Below are positions 38,937-49,289 of a stretch of DNA of 64,000 nucleotides, one piece after another. The stretch comes from a virus. Its lineage: Duplodnaviria > Caudoviricetes. The position numbers were made by a program, and so were the translations under genes. The stretch is from positions 96,001 through 160,000 of the IMG/VR virus record IMGVR_UViG_3300031555_004294. One strand, written 5' to 3'. Below the pieces are notes generated by a model. That model worked only from the letters and a program-made list of their open reading frames with translations. It made no database searches and had not been told where the DNA came from. The stretch's first letter is position 1. Each line of letters starts with the position of its first letter.

Positions 38937-40871
38937 ATGTCAATAGATCTCAGTAAAAGTACTTTTGTCAAAAATTATAGAGATGACATGCTAAGTGCAT
39001 TGAAACTATTGAAACCAGATATGACTGATGATGAACTGTTAGCAGTCATAGATGATCAGATAGCAAACAATGCAAAGTTAAATGATGAAACATGTAATGT
39101 TGCTATTAGAAACAACTATACCAAGGAAGAAAGTAGTCATACTCTATTAGAAATTTTGGATTTTTATGAAAACAAAAATCCCATTATGACTGGCTATGGA
39201 GTTATGTTTAAGCAACATGACAAAGCTATCAATTTAAATGCGGATTTTGTTAGCTGGTTGATGAGCGAGAGAAAAGTAGCTAAGAAAGCACAATTTGCTG
39301 CATTAAATGAGGGAGACTATATTAAAGAGTCTTTCTATGAAATGCTGCAGAAGACTTTTAAATTGTTGAACAACTCTTATTATGGAGCTACTGGAGAAAA
39401 GAACAGTCAGTTCTATAATCCAGTTATACCACCAAGTGTAACTTTCATGGGGTATGCTATTATTACCACTTCAATTTTAGCATTTGAAGCATTTTTAAGT
39501 AACAACATTCACTATGACAACTTTAACGACTTGTGTGTCTATGTTAAAAATTGCTTAAAGAGTACTAGAAATGATTTGAAAATTCTCAAAGTTCTTGATT
39601 CTGAAAATGTAAAGAAGAAACAAGATTTGTTAGATAACTTAAAGAGTTTGATGACTGTTTCTTTGACTAAAGATGAGAAGTCTAAGCTAAAGACTCTGAT
39701 TAATGGACTTTCCAAAGAGCAAGTTAATCGAGTTTACTATAAGAACAACTTGTATGAGTTCTTGAATAATGCAACTCAGAAGAAGTATCTAGAAAATATC
39801 TTGCAGTATGATATCATCAATCCGAATGAAGTTAATGATGACATTAAGGAAAACTTAGATAAACTTTGGGAACTATTAGAAGAATTTGTAGTTTATGACT
39901 TCCAGTATTGGAATAGAGCTGATAGAGCATTCAATATGGAAAGAGAAACTATATTGGTGGTAGATACTGACTCAAATTTCTTGTCGTTGAATCCATATAT
40001 AAAATGGGTAGAAAAGTCTATACAGCTTCCAGAATCAGACAAATTGTTCTATTCAATTCCTAACTCAGCTATCTTATTCTTGTCCAAGTTTATTCAGAAA
40101 GAACTAAACAGATTGACTGAGAATTGTAATGTTTCTGAAGTTAAGCAACCTATTATCAATATGAAGAGCGAATTTTTGTATTCTAGAGTCATGCTTAGCC
40201 GAAACAAGAAACAGTACTGCGGATTATTAGAGTTGCAGGAGGGTAATATCAAAAGGAAGGTAGACATGAAGGGTATGTCAATTAAGAAGGCAAATGTCAA
40301 TAATCGTACCAGACAAGTGTTTACCAACATGATTGAAAATAAGATACTGAAATCTGATAACATCAACATTGCAGAAATTTTAGGTATCTTTAAAGCATTT
40401 GAAGATGAAATTTATAATTCACTTCATAATGGTGAGATAACTTTCTTAACACCAGGTAAGTGTAATGAACTTGATGCTTACAAGGATCCATATAAAGTAG
40501 CTTCTGCTAGAGGTACTATGATTTGGAATCTGCTTAATCCAGATAATACTATTCAGACACCAGCTAAGGTAAATATGCTAAAGCTGAACATCAATTCCAT
40601 TGAAGATCTTGAACCAATCTATGAAACTGAGATGTTTGAGAAAATTCAAAAGTTAATTTTTGATGATGAAAGATTGGCACATTATGGAATGGCTACAATA
40701 AGTTTGCCTAAATCTGTAAATAAGATACCTGATTGGTTAATTCCATTTATCAACTATGATGACATTATTGACGACAATATTCGTGTTGGTAATATCTTAC
40801 TTGAAAGTTTAGGGATAAAGCTAATGCAATTTAACAATAAGGAATTCTATAGTACTTTCATCAGTTTTTAA
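38937..40871 (+). CDS. Family B DNA polymerase, polymerase-domain subunit (phiKZ/AR9-type split enzyme)
   Basis: KLLNNSYYGA (motif B), VDTDS (motif C), KKQY. No recognisable exonuclease domain. Confidence 0.85.
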   Translation: MSIDLSKSTFVKNYRDDMLSALKLLKPDMTDDELLAVIDDQIANNAKLNDETCNVAIRNNYTKEESSHTLLEILDFYENKNPIMTGYGVMFKQHDKAINLNADFVSWLMSERKVAKKAQFAALNEGDYIKESFYEMLQKTFKLLNNSYYGATGEKNSQFYNPVIPPSVTFMGYAIITTSILAFEAFLSNNIHYDNFNDLCVYVKNCLKSTRNDLKILKVLDSENVKKKQDLLDNLKSLMTVSLTKDEKSKLKTLINGLSKEQVNRVYYKNNLYEFLNNATQKKYLENILQYDIINPNEVNDDIKENLDKLWELLEEFVVYDFQYWNRADRAFNMERETILVVDTDSNFLSLNPYIKWVEKSIQLPESDKLFYSIPNSAILFLSKFIQKELNRLTENCNVSEVKQPIINMKSEFLYSRVMLSRNKKQYCGLLELQEGNIKRKVDMKGMSIKKANVNNRTRQVFTNMIENKILKSDNINIAEILGIFKAFEDEIYNSLHNGEITFLTPGKCNELDAYKDPYKVASARGTMIWNLLNPDNTIQTPAKVNMLKLNINSIEDLEPIYETEMFEKIQKLIFDDERLAHYGMATISLPKSVNKIPDWLIPFINYDDIIDDNIRVGNILLESLGIKLMQFNNKEFYSTFISF

Positions 40872-40979
40872 AAAGTTAAAACAGTTTCTAAACATATATA
40901 ATTTCTTTAGAAACTGTTTATGACTTTTTCTACAGTAAAGTAACTAACAAAAACAAAATTTTTAAGGAGGCTAACTAAA

Positions 40980-41822
40980 ATGGCAGTTACTAACAGAAGT
41001 AACAATGATAACCAGAAAGAAAAAGTAACTTATAAGTGGGGTAACAGTGGTCCTAGCTTTTGGCAGAAGGATAACAACACTGTACTTCAGACTTCCCTAA
41101 GAAAATCTGACAAGAATAATTCGTATGAGCTTATTCTTAAGATCCAGACACTGGATAGTGATGGAAAGTTTGTTAAGTCTGAAGATGGTAATTATGACAA
41201 TGGTTACATCAATTTATCTGCAAATGAAATAGCTAAGATTGCTTACCAGCTTGAAGACATGTTCCCCACTGGCGATATGGATGCTGGTACTATCGGTGGC
41301 ATTATCATCAATCATATTTCTGCTCAGACCAATAATGGTTCTCAGCTTGAAATTGTTAGCGAGGAAGATGGTGTTTATGTCTACATTTCTTACGTACAGA
41401 ATGCTAGTGTAACAGCAGAATACAAGCATTTACTTAGCAACGATCAGACTTTGAAGTTCTATAATGCTGATGGTGAAGAAGCTGAAGAAGTTATCAACAT
41501 GGATATCGTAGCTTTCAAGAGACTCTTTAACAGTGCATATGCTGTGGTATCTGGCTTAGTTGATTCTACATTTGAATGCAATGGTTTTTCAATTAATGGT
41601 AGATCTGAATCTAAAACTGGCGGCAAAGTAGCAGGTGGTATGAATCGTAAAGTTCGTTCTACTCTTGGCTCTAAGAAGGCTGAAATGGTATCTGAAGACG
41701 ATGATGAAGAAGTAGATGAAGCACCTGCAGCTAAGAAGACTGTTGGTCGTAAGTCCTCTATTGCTAGATCTGCATCTAACATGAAGTCACTTTTAGAAGA
41801 TGACGATGAGGAGGATGACTGA
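40980..41822 (+). CDS. Probable single-stranded DNA-binding protein
   Basis: Follows the DNA polymerase gene, beta-rich core, flexible acidic tail, EDDEDIPF encoded in the +1 frame just past the stop. Confidence 0.55.
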   Translation: MAVTNRSNNDNQKEKVTYKWGNSGPSFWQKDNNTVLQTSLRKSDKNNSYELILKIQTLDSDGKFVKSEDGNYDNGYINLSANEIAKIAYQLEDMFPTGDMDAGTIGGIIINHISAQTNNGSQLEIVSEEDGVYVYISYVQNASVTAEYKHLLSNDQTLKFYNADGEEAEEVINMDIVAFKRLFNSAYAVVSGLVDSTFECNGFSINGRSESKTGGKVAGGMNRKVRSTLGSKKAEMVSEDDDEEVDEAPAAKKTVGRKSSIARSASNMKSLLEDDDEEDD

Positions 41823-41917
41823 GGACGACGAAGATATTCCTTTCTAAATCGTTAAGCACAGTTATCTAAAAATTTTTATGAGTCTGTATTTGTAACAGAA
41901 TACAGACTCAACTATTT

Positions 41918-42667
41918 TTGACGGAGATACAGAACATGATATTTAATGACAGAGAAGTAAAACCTTATAAAATAACTGAAGACAAAGATACATTACTGAA
42001 CACTAACAATACTGAAAAGAAAATTTTAGTTACAGATTTTGATGACACTTTAGCATTGACTGCAATTAAGCATTTTCATTTAGTACAGAATTCTAAGAAT
42101 GTAGAAACTTACAAGAAGTACATGAACATAAATCAGACATCACAAAGGTTCTTTTATAGTAGAACAGAATACTATACTAGCAAATGGTTGAAGAGACCTG
42201 AAGTAGATGAAATTCCTAAAGAAATAGCAAATGAAATTACGGACTTGTTTAATCTTCCAGACTTTTATGATGATGTTAAGCCTACTAAATTTGCTATCGC
42301 TTTAAAGGAATATCTTAAGCAACCTTATTGTGAAAAGATTTATGTAATTTCACATTGTCTATCAGATACAGCTGCTGACGCAAAAATAAAATGGTTGGTA
42401 GATTTTTATAAGGATTGCAATCCTGAGAAGATAGAATTTATCCCTACTACTGATACAAGAAAATCAATTCCAATTATGGAAAGAGGAATTAAATGGGACA
42501 TCTTTGCAGATGATCGACTTGAATGCATTTATGATATGGTTTTGTACGGTCAAGGCTTTGGTAACGAAATTTTAATTCCTGAGTTCGGTTATAATAAGCC
42601 GACAGAAAGATTTTCTAATCTAGTGGAGAAATTCAATCTACAGACATTTTATATGAACGTCCTGTAA
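41918..42667 (+). CDS. HAD-family 5'(3')-deoxyribonucleotidase-like protein
   Basis: LVTDFDDTL (motif I), K..WL, IFADDR (motif IV). Confidence 0.7.
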   Translation: MTEIQNMIFNDREVKPYKITEDKDTLLNTNNTEKKILVTDFDDTLALTAIKHFHLVQNSKNVETYKKYMNINQTSQRFFYSRTEYYTSKWLKRPEVDEIPKEIANEITDLFNLPDFYDDVKPTKFAIALKEYLKQPYCEKIYVISHCLSDTAADAKIKWLVDFYKDCNPEKIEFIPTTDTRKSIPIMERGIKWDIFADDRLECIYDMVLYGQGFGNEILIPEFGYNKPTERFSNLVEKFNLQTFYMNVL

Positions 42668-42782
42668 GAAGTAAATTGAAACAGATAGTTACTAAAACTA
42701 TCTGTTTCTTTTTTTTTATCTAGTTTTTATAGTCTGAAACAATCCATTATTAAAAGAAACGTACGAAAGGAGGAGTTTTCCT

Positions 42783-43953
42783 TTGAAAATAGATATTTGT
42801 AATCTGGACAAATTTATAAAGGTTAACAACATACAAGAAGTTACTAACCCTATACGTTTTGATGCAGATTGGTACCCAACTGATAATGGTCTTTTATCAT
42901 ATAGAATTTTTGGTCAAGTTGGTAGTTATGATAGACGTACTTTATTTGGTTACATCGACCTAAAAGGACACTTTTTACACCCATTATTTTATTTGAGACT
43001 CATAAAAATGAATCGTAATTTTGCTAGAGTCATTGATGGTAGTGGCTATTTTAGAATTAACGAAAAAGGTGAGTTAGTTGCTGATAATGAGAATGGAAAT
43101 ACTGGAATAGCTTGGCTTTATAAGAATTTCAAAAATCTTAAGTTTAAAAAATCGGGTTCAGGAGAGCGAGACAGGACTATAGACCTTCTAACTAAACTTG
43201 ATCTTGATGAAATCTTTGTCAGCAAGTGGCTTGTAATTCCTGCCTTTTATCGAGATTCTAATATACAAAAACTCGATCATGGAAGAGTTTCAGAAGATGA
43301 AATCAACCCTATGTATGCAAATTTGATTTCTCTGGCAAGTTCTAAATCAGATTTCGACTTTATGGGATATATTACGGAATCTAGAATTCAAAAACAGCTT
43401 TTAGAAATCTATGATTACTTGACTGGATATATCAAGGGTAAGACTGGACTTCTCAAGAATAGTTTGCTCGGCAAGACTGTGGACTATTCAACTCGCGGTG
43501 TTATCTCAGCAGGTAGAGTCAATTCTAATACATCAGATGAACAATTGGTAAAGTTTACTTATACTGGCATTCCTTTATCTCATTTGTGTAACTTATTCTA
43601 TCCTTTCTTCCAATACGAGATAGCTAGTTTTGCAGAAGAAACCTTTGCATCAGTTAATGAAATTAGGGGTTCTGATGGAAATTATTATCCATTGGTAAAT
43701 CCTATGAGTAAATTTACAACTGAAAAGATAAAAGGGATGATGAACTTATATATTAAGTCACCTGATAATAGACTTGATCCAATCATGGTTCCAATTAGGC
43801 TTAAGAATGGAAGTGTTAAAGAAGTTCCTTTAAATCTCTTCCAAGATGATTTAAAGAGACACTTTACTTTACTGGACTTGATATACATTGTTGCAACTAG
43901 AGTTTGTCTTGACAAACATGTGTATGTAACTCGATTTCCGATTGAAAACTATC
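42783..43953 (+). CDS. rpoC: Phage RNA polymerase beta' N-terminal/catalytic subunit, exon 1
   Basis: GLLSYRIFG, FGYIDL, KGKTGLLKNSLLGKTVDYSTRGVI, TRFP. Late promoter 42738-42749. Confidence 0.9.
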
Positions 43954-45503
43954 GTGTGTCACGTTGATCTATAACTTGAAAGAATCAAGGAAATGATCGA
44001 TATAAGTATACTTATGTTAACTGTAAGTTTGATTGGTGGAATGAAATACGGCAATCAGTATGAAACACCAACATTAATACTCCTACATGCATTAAAAAAT
44101 AGCTAGAATTATTTAATGTGTGAAGCTAGGTGAAGACGTATTCATAGTAATGCGGATGGTTCTATAATATGGTGAGGAACACGAATTTTCTAACGTCCAA
44201 TGTTTTGGGATTAGTAGTATGATAGTGGCGAAAATCCTATTGAATGATGCTTCAATTGAAAATATTGGGAACAGAAAACACCTAAGTTATAGAAATACTA
44301 GAATTTACGGAACGTGAGAAGTTTCTATAAAAAGAAAATAGCTGATACTTTTTATAGAAATGGCAGCAGCCTGTAGTAGCGATGAAGCTTTTGTAATGAA
44401 AGTGGAGTGAAGGGGCATAGTCAATTTTTTGATTGAACTTTTTCTAACGATCAAACAATTTATTAAATACTTTTACAAAGGAGATTAATAAAATGGGTAG
44501 AAAAAGTAAATCACATGAAGATTTTGTTAAAGATGTTATGAATATTTTAGGACCAGAATATCAAGTGCTGGGAAAATATATCAAATGTTCTGAAAAAATA
44601 AAAATGAAACATTTAAAATGTGGATTAGAATATGAAACTGAACCTAGAACTGTAATGCATGGATCAGGATGTCCAATATGCAATACCGATTTTCATATGT
44701 CACATGATGAATTCGTTTCAAAAGTAAATAAAGAGGGAGATAACGAATATGAAGTCCTAACTCCTTATATCAATACAAAAACAAAAGTAACGCTAAAACA
44801 TAAAGTGTGTAATGAAATTTATGAAGTTGCACCTAGAAATTTCTTTCAAGGTAAAAGATGTCCAAAATGTACTAAAGTAAAACGTGTGACAAATGAAGAA
44901 TTTGATCGACGTCTGTTAAACATTTATGGAAATGAATGGACTAGAGTTTCAGAGTTTATGGCAATAAATAAGGAAATTCTAGTTAAACACGAAAATTGTG
45001 GGAACATAATTAAGAATACTCCAAAAGTTATTTTAAGTCAAAGATTTGGATGTAAATATTGTAAGATGACTAGCGGAGAATTTAGAATTAAATCTGTTTT
45101 AGAAAACTTAGATATAAAATTTACCCCACAAAAGAAGTTTGATGATTGTAAAGATCTAGGTTACTTATTTTTTGACTTTTATTTTTGTATTGACAATAAA
45201 GAGTATATCATAGAATATGATGGACGACAACATTTTCTTCCTATTTTTGGTCATAATGATAAAGAACGACAAGAACGTTTAGAATTTACGCAAAAACATG
45301 ATGAGATGAAAAATTTATATTGCGAAAACCATAATATAAATTTGCTGCGTATATCATATGATACTCCCTATCAGAATATTCAATCAATAATTGAAAACTT
45401 CATAAAGAAAAATTGATGGAACGCTGTGTGAGGTGAAAGTCTCACGCACAGTGTGAAGTGGGGGAAAAAATAGAGATAACTTCAAAGTTTTACCTATCAC
45501 TAT
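43954..45503 (+). mobile_element. Group II intron in RNAP beta'
   Basis: 5' GUGUG, 3' ...CACUAU. Domain V aaCGCtgtgtgaggtGAAAgtctcacgcacagtgt at ~45419-45454. EBS1 GATAGT (44221-44226) is complementary to the exon end ACTATC. Splicing restores TRFPIENY-Q-SIYPSRIK. Confidence 0.92.
44493..45416 (+). CDS. Intron-encoded endonuclease: three Zn-ribbon repeats plus a Vsr/DUF559-like PD-(D/E)xK domain
   Basis: H..C...CPxC repeats, FDFY...IEYDGRQH...D..KN.YC....I.LLRI. No RT (YADD) motif. Stop lies directly before domain V. Confidence 0.85.
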   Translation: MGRKSKSHEDFVKDVMNILGPEYQVLGKYIKCSEKIKMKHLKCGLEYETEPRTVMHGSGCPICNTDFHMSHDEFVSKVNKEGDNEYEVLTPYINTKTKVTLKHKVCNEIYEVAPRNFFQGKRCPKCTKVKRVTNEEFDRRLLNIYGNEWTRVSEFMAINKEILVKHENCGNIIKNTPKVILSQRFGCKYCKMTSGEFRIKSVLENLDIKFTPQKKFDDCKDLGYLFFDFYFCIDNKEYIIEYDGRQHFLPIFGHNDKERQERLEFTQKHDEMKNLYCENHNINLLRISYDTPYQNIQSIIENFIKKN

Positions 45504-45865
45504 AATCAATCTATCCAAGCCGTATAAAAATAATGACTACTTACAAGACTCAAAAAATAACAATTGCTAACAAGTATTATGACAATTATCCTGTAGTTAC
45601 TACAGATTTTGATAGTCCTAGTTATGATGAAAACATGAACTATATCGATACCATAATTCCCCATAATACGATGTTGGAAGCCTTGGGTGCAGACTTTGAC
45701 GGAGACACGGTTTCTTTAAGATCTGTCTATTCACAAGAAGCAAACTTAGAATGTGAGAAACTAATAAACTCACCTAAGTATCTTTTAGATGTAACAGGAA
45801 AAACTACTAGAGTTTTGCGTAACGAAGGTATTCAAACTCTTTATACTTTAACAAGAGAAGGTTAA
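45504..45865 (+). CDS. rpoC: Phage RNA polymerase beta' catalytic subunit, exon 2
   Basis: GADFDGD active-site motif. Confidence 0.92.
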
Positions 45866-46184
45866 TTTTTTTACCGTATTATCGGAAGTTCTATCTATAT
45901 ATCTTGAACTAGATACTTAGGAGCTTTAAGTAAAACTAGTTTTTGACATAATGATGGATTGGACGGAATAGACAATGTTTTGTACAAAAGAAATGAACAT
46001 GGAATATTGTAAACAAAAATTACACTTTCAAATACAAAAAAAAAAAAAGAAAATCGTTTAAACTTTTTTAAGAGAAGAGGTAACCCCTCTTCTCTTATTT
46101 TCTTTCTTTTGTTTTGCAAAAATTAGAGACCAAACAATAAAATAATCATGGTTTACAATATTTGTAAAGGAGGAAATTACATTT

Positions 46185-46964
46185 ATGGATGAGAAAAATA
46201 AAGAAGTTCAAGAGAATTTATATTCCAAAGATCTTTTCGAAGAAGAAATGAAACAATTGGATTCTGAACTGAAAGAAATAGATGCACTTTATGGCGAGAT
46301 TAAAACGCACTATGACACTATAAAGAATGCTCAGTTTAAAGGAAGCTTAGTTTTTTTGAAAGATCAAACAAGTAACTTGATTTCTTTAAAAACTGCAAAG
46401 CTGAGTTATATAAAACAGAAGGCAGACCTAAAGAAAACTATCACTGACTATGCATTCAAAGAGAAAGCTTCTAACAAACAAGATACGGAAGTTGATACTC
46501 TTACAGAAGCTATCTATAAGAAAATTACCAGTGAATTTGGTTATGTCACAGATAAAGAAAGTGAACCTCATGTAAATGAAGTTGACAATATAGACACCCT
46601 ATTAGATGAAGAACTTGAAAATGAAGACATTGGAAATATCATTGGAAGTAGTGTGAGTATTGAAACTGTAGAAGTTGACTATGAAACTGGTGAGGTTACT
46701 GAAGACGAAAATGATGAAGAAAATAATATCGAGAATGTTGTCGATTCAGAGCCTGAAGTAGATGAAACTAATGCGAATACTGTAATTGCGGTAGACATGG
46801 ATACTAACACTTTTTATCAAATTGATGAAAAAACCTTTGAAATTGTTGAAGAATTAGGTACAATGGAAGATAAAATTGTTGATGAAGTAGAAATTGAGAA
46901 TGATCTATATGCAATTGGTGAAAGTGGGAATATGTATCTCGTTATAAGTTTCGATGAAGAATAA
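46185..46964 (+). CDS. Hypothetical late protein, coiled-coil N-terminus and acidic C-terminus
   Basis: Late promoter 46133-46144, AAGGAGG RBS. Confidence 0.65.
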   Translation: MDEKNKEVQENLYSKDLFEEEMKQLDSELKEIDALYGEIKTHYDTIKNAQFKGSLVFLKDQTSNLISLKTAKLSYIKQKADLKKTITDYAFKEKASNKQDTEVDTLTEAIYKKITSEFGYVTDKESEPHVNEVDNIDTLLDEELENEDIGNIIGSSVSIETVEVDYETGEVTEDENDEENNIENVVDSEPEVDETNANTVIAVDMDTNTFYQIDEKTFEIVEELGTMEDKIVDEVEIENDLYAIGESGNMYLVISFDEE

Positions 46965-47013
46965 AAATATTGAGGATTAAGACTAACAAGTCTTAATCCT
47001 CTTTCTTTTCTGT

Positions 47014-47493
47014 TCAAATTAGTTTCTCAGCTTTTAAAATTTCTAAAATTCTTTCTACATGGTTTTCTTTATATGTGATTCTGTAAAGTCTTATTTTATG
47101 TTTCTTACAGTAATCGTTCTTTATAGCATCATTGGTCAATGTATTTTGAAAGTTTTCTAATTTCTGTTCCTCACTTAATCCAAAACAAGGTTTATAATGT
47201 TGAACTCCATCATACTCAACTAGGAAAAATCCTTTCGTAGTATAGATACAGAAGTCAAATGGTAATTTTCTATGATTGTAGCATTCATTAAAAATTTTCT
47301 CTTGGTCGTATTTGATATGAAATGCATCTAGTATTGCAATGATGTCTTTCATAGGTTTTGATACTTTTGGATTGATACCTTTCTTTGCAAAGCTGTTGAT
47401 CAGAGTATTAGATATGGAAAATTCGCCATCTATTATCTTTGCAGTATCTAAGGTATTTCTTAAAAATCCACCAAGTTTATTAAAGAAACCCAT
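47014..47493 (-). CDS. Free-standing Vsr/DUF559-like endonuclease domain protein
   Basis: PFDFCI...VEYDGVQHY...ND..KNDYC...I.LYRI. Late promoter 47520-47531. Confidence 0.75.
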   Translation of the reverse strand: MGFFNKLGGFLRNTLDTAKIIDGEFSISNTLINSFAKKGINPKVSKPMKDIIAILDAFHIKYDQEKIFNECYNHRKLPFDFCIYTTKGFFLVEYDGVQHYKPCFGLSEEQKLENFQNTLTNDAIKNDYCKKHKIRLYRITYKENHVERILEILKAEKLI

Positions 47494-47631
47494 ATAAAAT
47501 CTCCGTTTTCTAAAATTTTTAAGTACTTGTTTTGTATGGATTTTAATAGAAAAAGGTGTATCAAAATGTATTTTAAATACATATTCTAATTGTAGATGAA
47601 ATCACATTAAATTTTAACTAGAAAGGAAATT

Positions 47632-47844
47632 TTGTCTATGTTTACTTATTCTTACAATGGTCCGATTTCTCATTTTGAAAGAGTAATCGCAACTAACTGG
47701 AAAGGTTATACTACGGCACCTACACCTAAAAAAGCACTTGCAAATCTAACATTTAAAGCTAAGAAAGAGTTTGGTTTTGAGAACTTTGTAAAACTGACTT
47801 TAGATGAAAAATTCTTAAAGATTGAGGAAAAGAAGAATGACTAA
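47632..47844 (+). CDS. Hypothetical early protein
   Basis: Early-type promoter 47575-47587, GAAAGG RBS. Confidence 0.65.
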   Translation: MSMFTYSYNGPISHFERVIATNWKGYTTAPTPKKALANLTFKAKKEFGFENFVKLTLDEKFLKIEEKKND

Positions 47845-49285
47845 TTTGGAATTTAATTTTTGGGGGAATAATTACAACTACTATGACACAGTAGAAGATC
47901 TTCGAGATCAAATTAATAGAAAGTCATTAAACACGCACAATCCATTTATTGACTATGACGAATTAAAAGGGTTATGTTGTTATTTAGATCCTGATGGAAA
48001 CCAAGTATGGATGGGTGATTTATCAGACATATGTAGGGAACATTATGTTAAATATGGTGATGAACTAAAATACATTAGTTACTTTACTTTAATCAACAAC
48101 TACGAAATCATAAATTTCCCATATCTGTTAACATCTAGACACTTCCAAGCAAATAGTTTTTTCATAAAGGTTTTTAGACTAATAGAATTTTACCCTAACA
48201 TTTTGTCCAGTATGATAAGATTTACTAATCATGCAGAACTTATTGAAGAATATAAAGATCACCCAAATCTAAATTGGGATATCATAGTGACAAACAATTT
48301 TCCAATTAGTTCAAGTAATATTCAAAAGTACTACGAATATATTCGAAAGTGTAAGTCATTCTTCTTTGATAAGCATCAGACATTTACTAAAGAAGATGTA
48401 CTCTTCATTATCAATGCAGATATAGAAAAAACTCAGTCTCTTAATAGTGTTCTAACGTCTCCCTATCAGAATATAGAGTATCTATTTAAGACGCATAAAT
48501 TTTCAGAAGAAGATTTGAGTTACATAGTTGAAAACATAAAGAGAATTAAGTTTGATGAAGAGAAAAAACAAACTCTTTCAAGTATGTATATTGCTCATAT
48601 TAGACATCTGATATTAGAAACTCAAAACTATACTGAAAATTTATTGCTTCAGCATAAAGGTTTCTTTAGACAATATTGGACTTCTGCATGTATTCATGGA
48701 AATCTTAGTGAAGATTTCATAAACAACAATCCTAAGTACATCGATTGGGCTTGTCTATCTCAAAACCAAAAATTGTTAAATGGCAAGTATAGTGATGATT
48801 TCTATTACAGTCATGCTCTTGAAATAAAATGGAAACTCTTTAACGCAGATGCTCTCAAAAATTTCTATAAGAATGACAAAGAGAAATTTAAGGATTTCTT
48901 TATCAAGTTCTATACGTATATAGAACCAGACAATAGTGGGATTCTTTCGATGGTTGGAACTACTTCTATTTGTAATGAAGGTCCATATACTGAAAGTGAG
49001 TTACCAATATATTTTGGAGAACTTATACGAGAGTTTAGTCCTAGCGAAAAATTCGTAATGAGAATGAATGAAAGTTTTGCAAGTTATTTTTTCAAAACAA
49101 AGTATGATAGTAGAACGTTTATTACATTTTTGGAAGATGGCGACTATACTTTACATTTTGTAAAGAACTTCAAAAAGAGAATTTTTGAAATTTTGCTATC
49201 TGAGGACACAACTAAGCTCAGTAAAAGAACTAAGGAAAAGCTTAACAAACTAATTGAAGAATTGAAAGAACAAGAAAGGAAATAA
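47837..49285 (+). CDS. Hypothetical protein with degenerate Trp repeats
   Basis: NLSEDFINNNPKYIDW..LSQN repeat unit. Confidence 0.6.
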   Translation: MTNLEFNFWGNNYNYYDTVEDLRDQINRKSLNTHNPFIDYDELKGLCCYLDPDGNQVWMGDLSDICREHYVKYGDELKYISYFTLINNYEIINFPYLLTSRHFQANSFFIKVFRLIEFYPNILSSMIRFTNHAELIEEYKDHPNLNWDIIVTNNFPISSSNIQKYYEYIRKCKSFFFDKHQTFTKEDVLFIINADIEKTQSLNSVLTSPYQNIEYLFKTHKFSEEDLSYIVENIKRIKFDEEKKQTLSSMYIAHIRHLILETQNYTENLLLQHKGFFRQYWTSACIHGNLSEDFINNNPKYIDWACLSQNQKLLNGKYSDDFYYSHALEIKWKLFNADALKNFYKNDKEKFKDFFIKFYTYIEPDNSGILSMVGTTSICNEGPYTESELPIYFGELIREFSPSEKFVMRMNESFASYFFKTKYDSRTFITFLEDGDYTLHFVKNFKKRIFEILLSEDTTKLSKRTKEKLNKLIEELKEQERK

Positions 49286-49289
49286 TGTT

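Noticed and set aside
44880-44915. VTNEEFDRR in the intron endonuclease resembles the MTNEEIRKR array start
   Set aside because: (T/S)xEEF is the normal start of this nuclease's Zn-ribbon repeats; the similarity is too short to imply a link
42783-45865. beta' naturally split into 394-aa and 110-aa subunits
   Set aside because: Group II intron boundaries rejoin the two ORFs precisely
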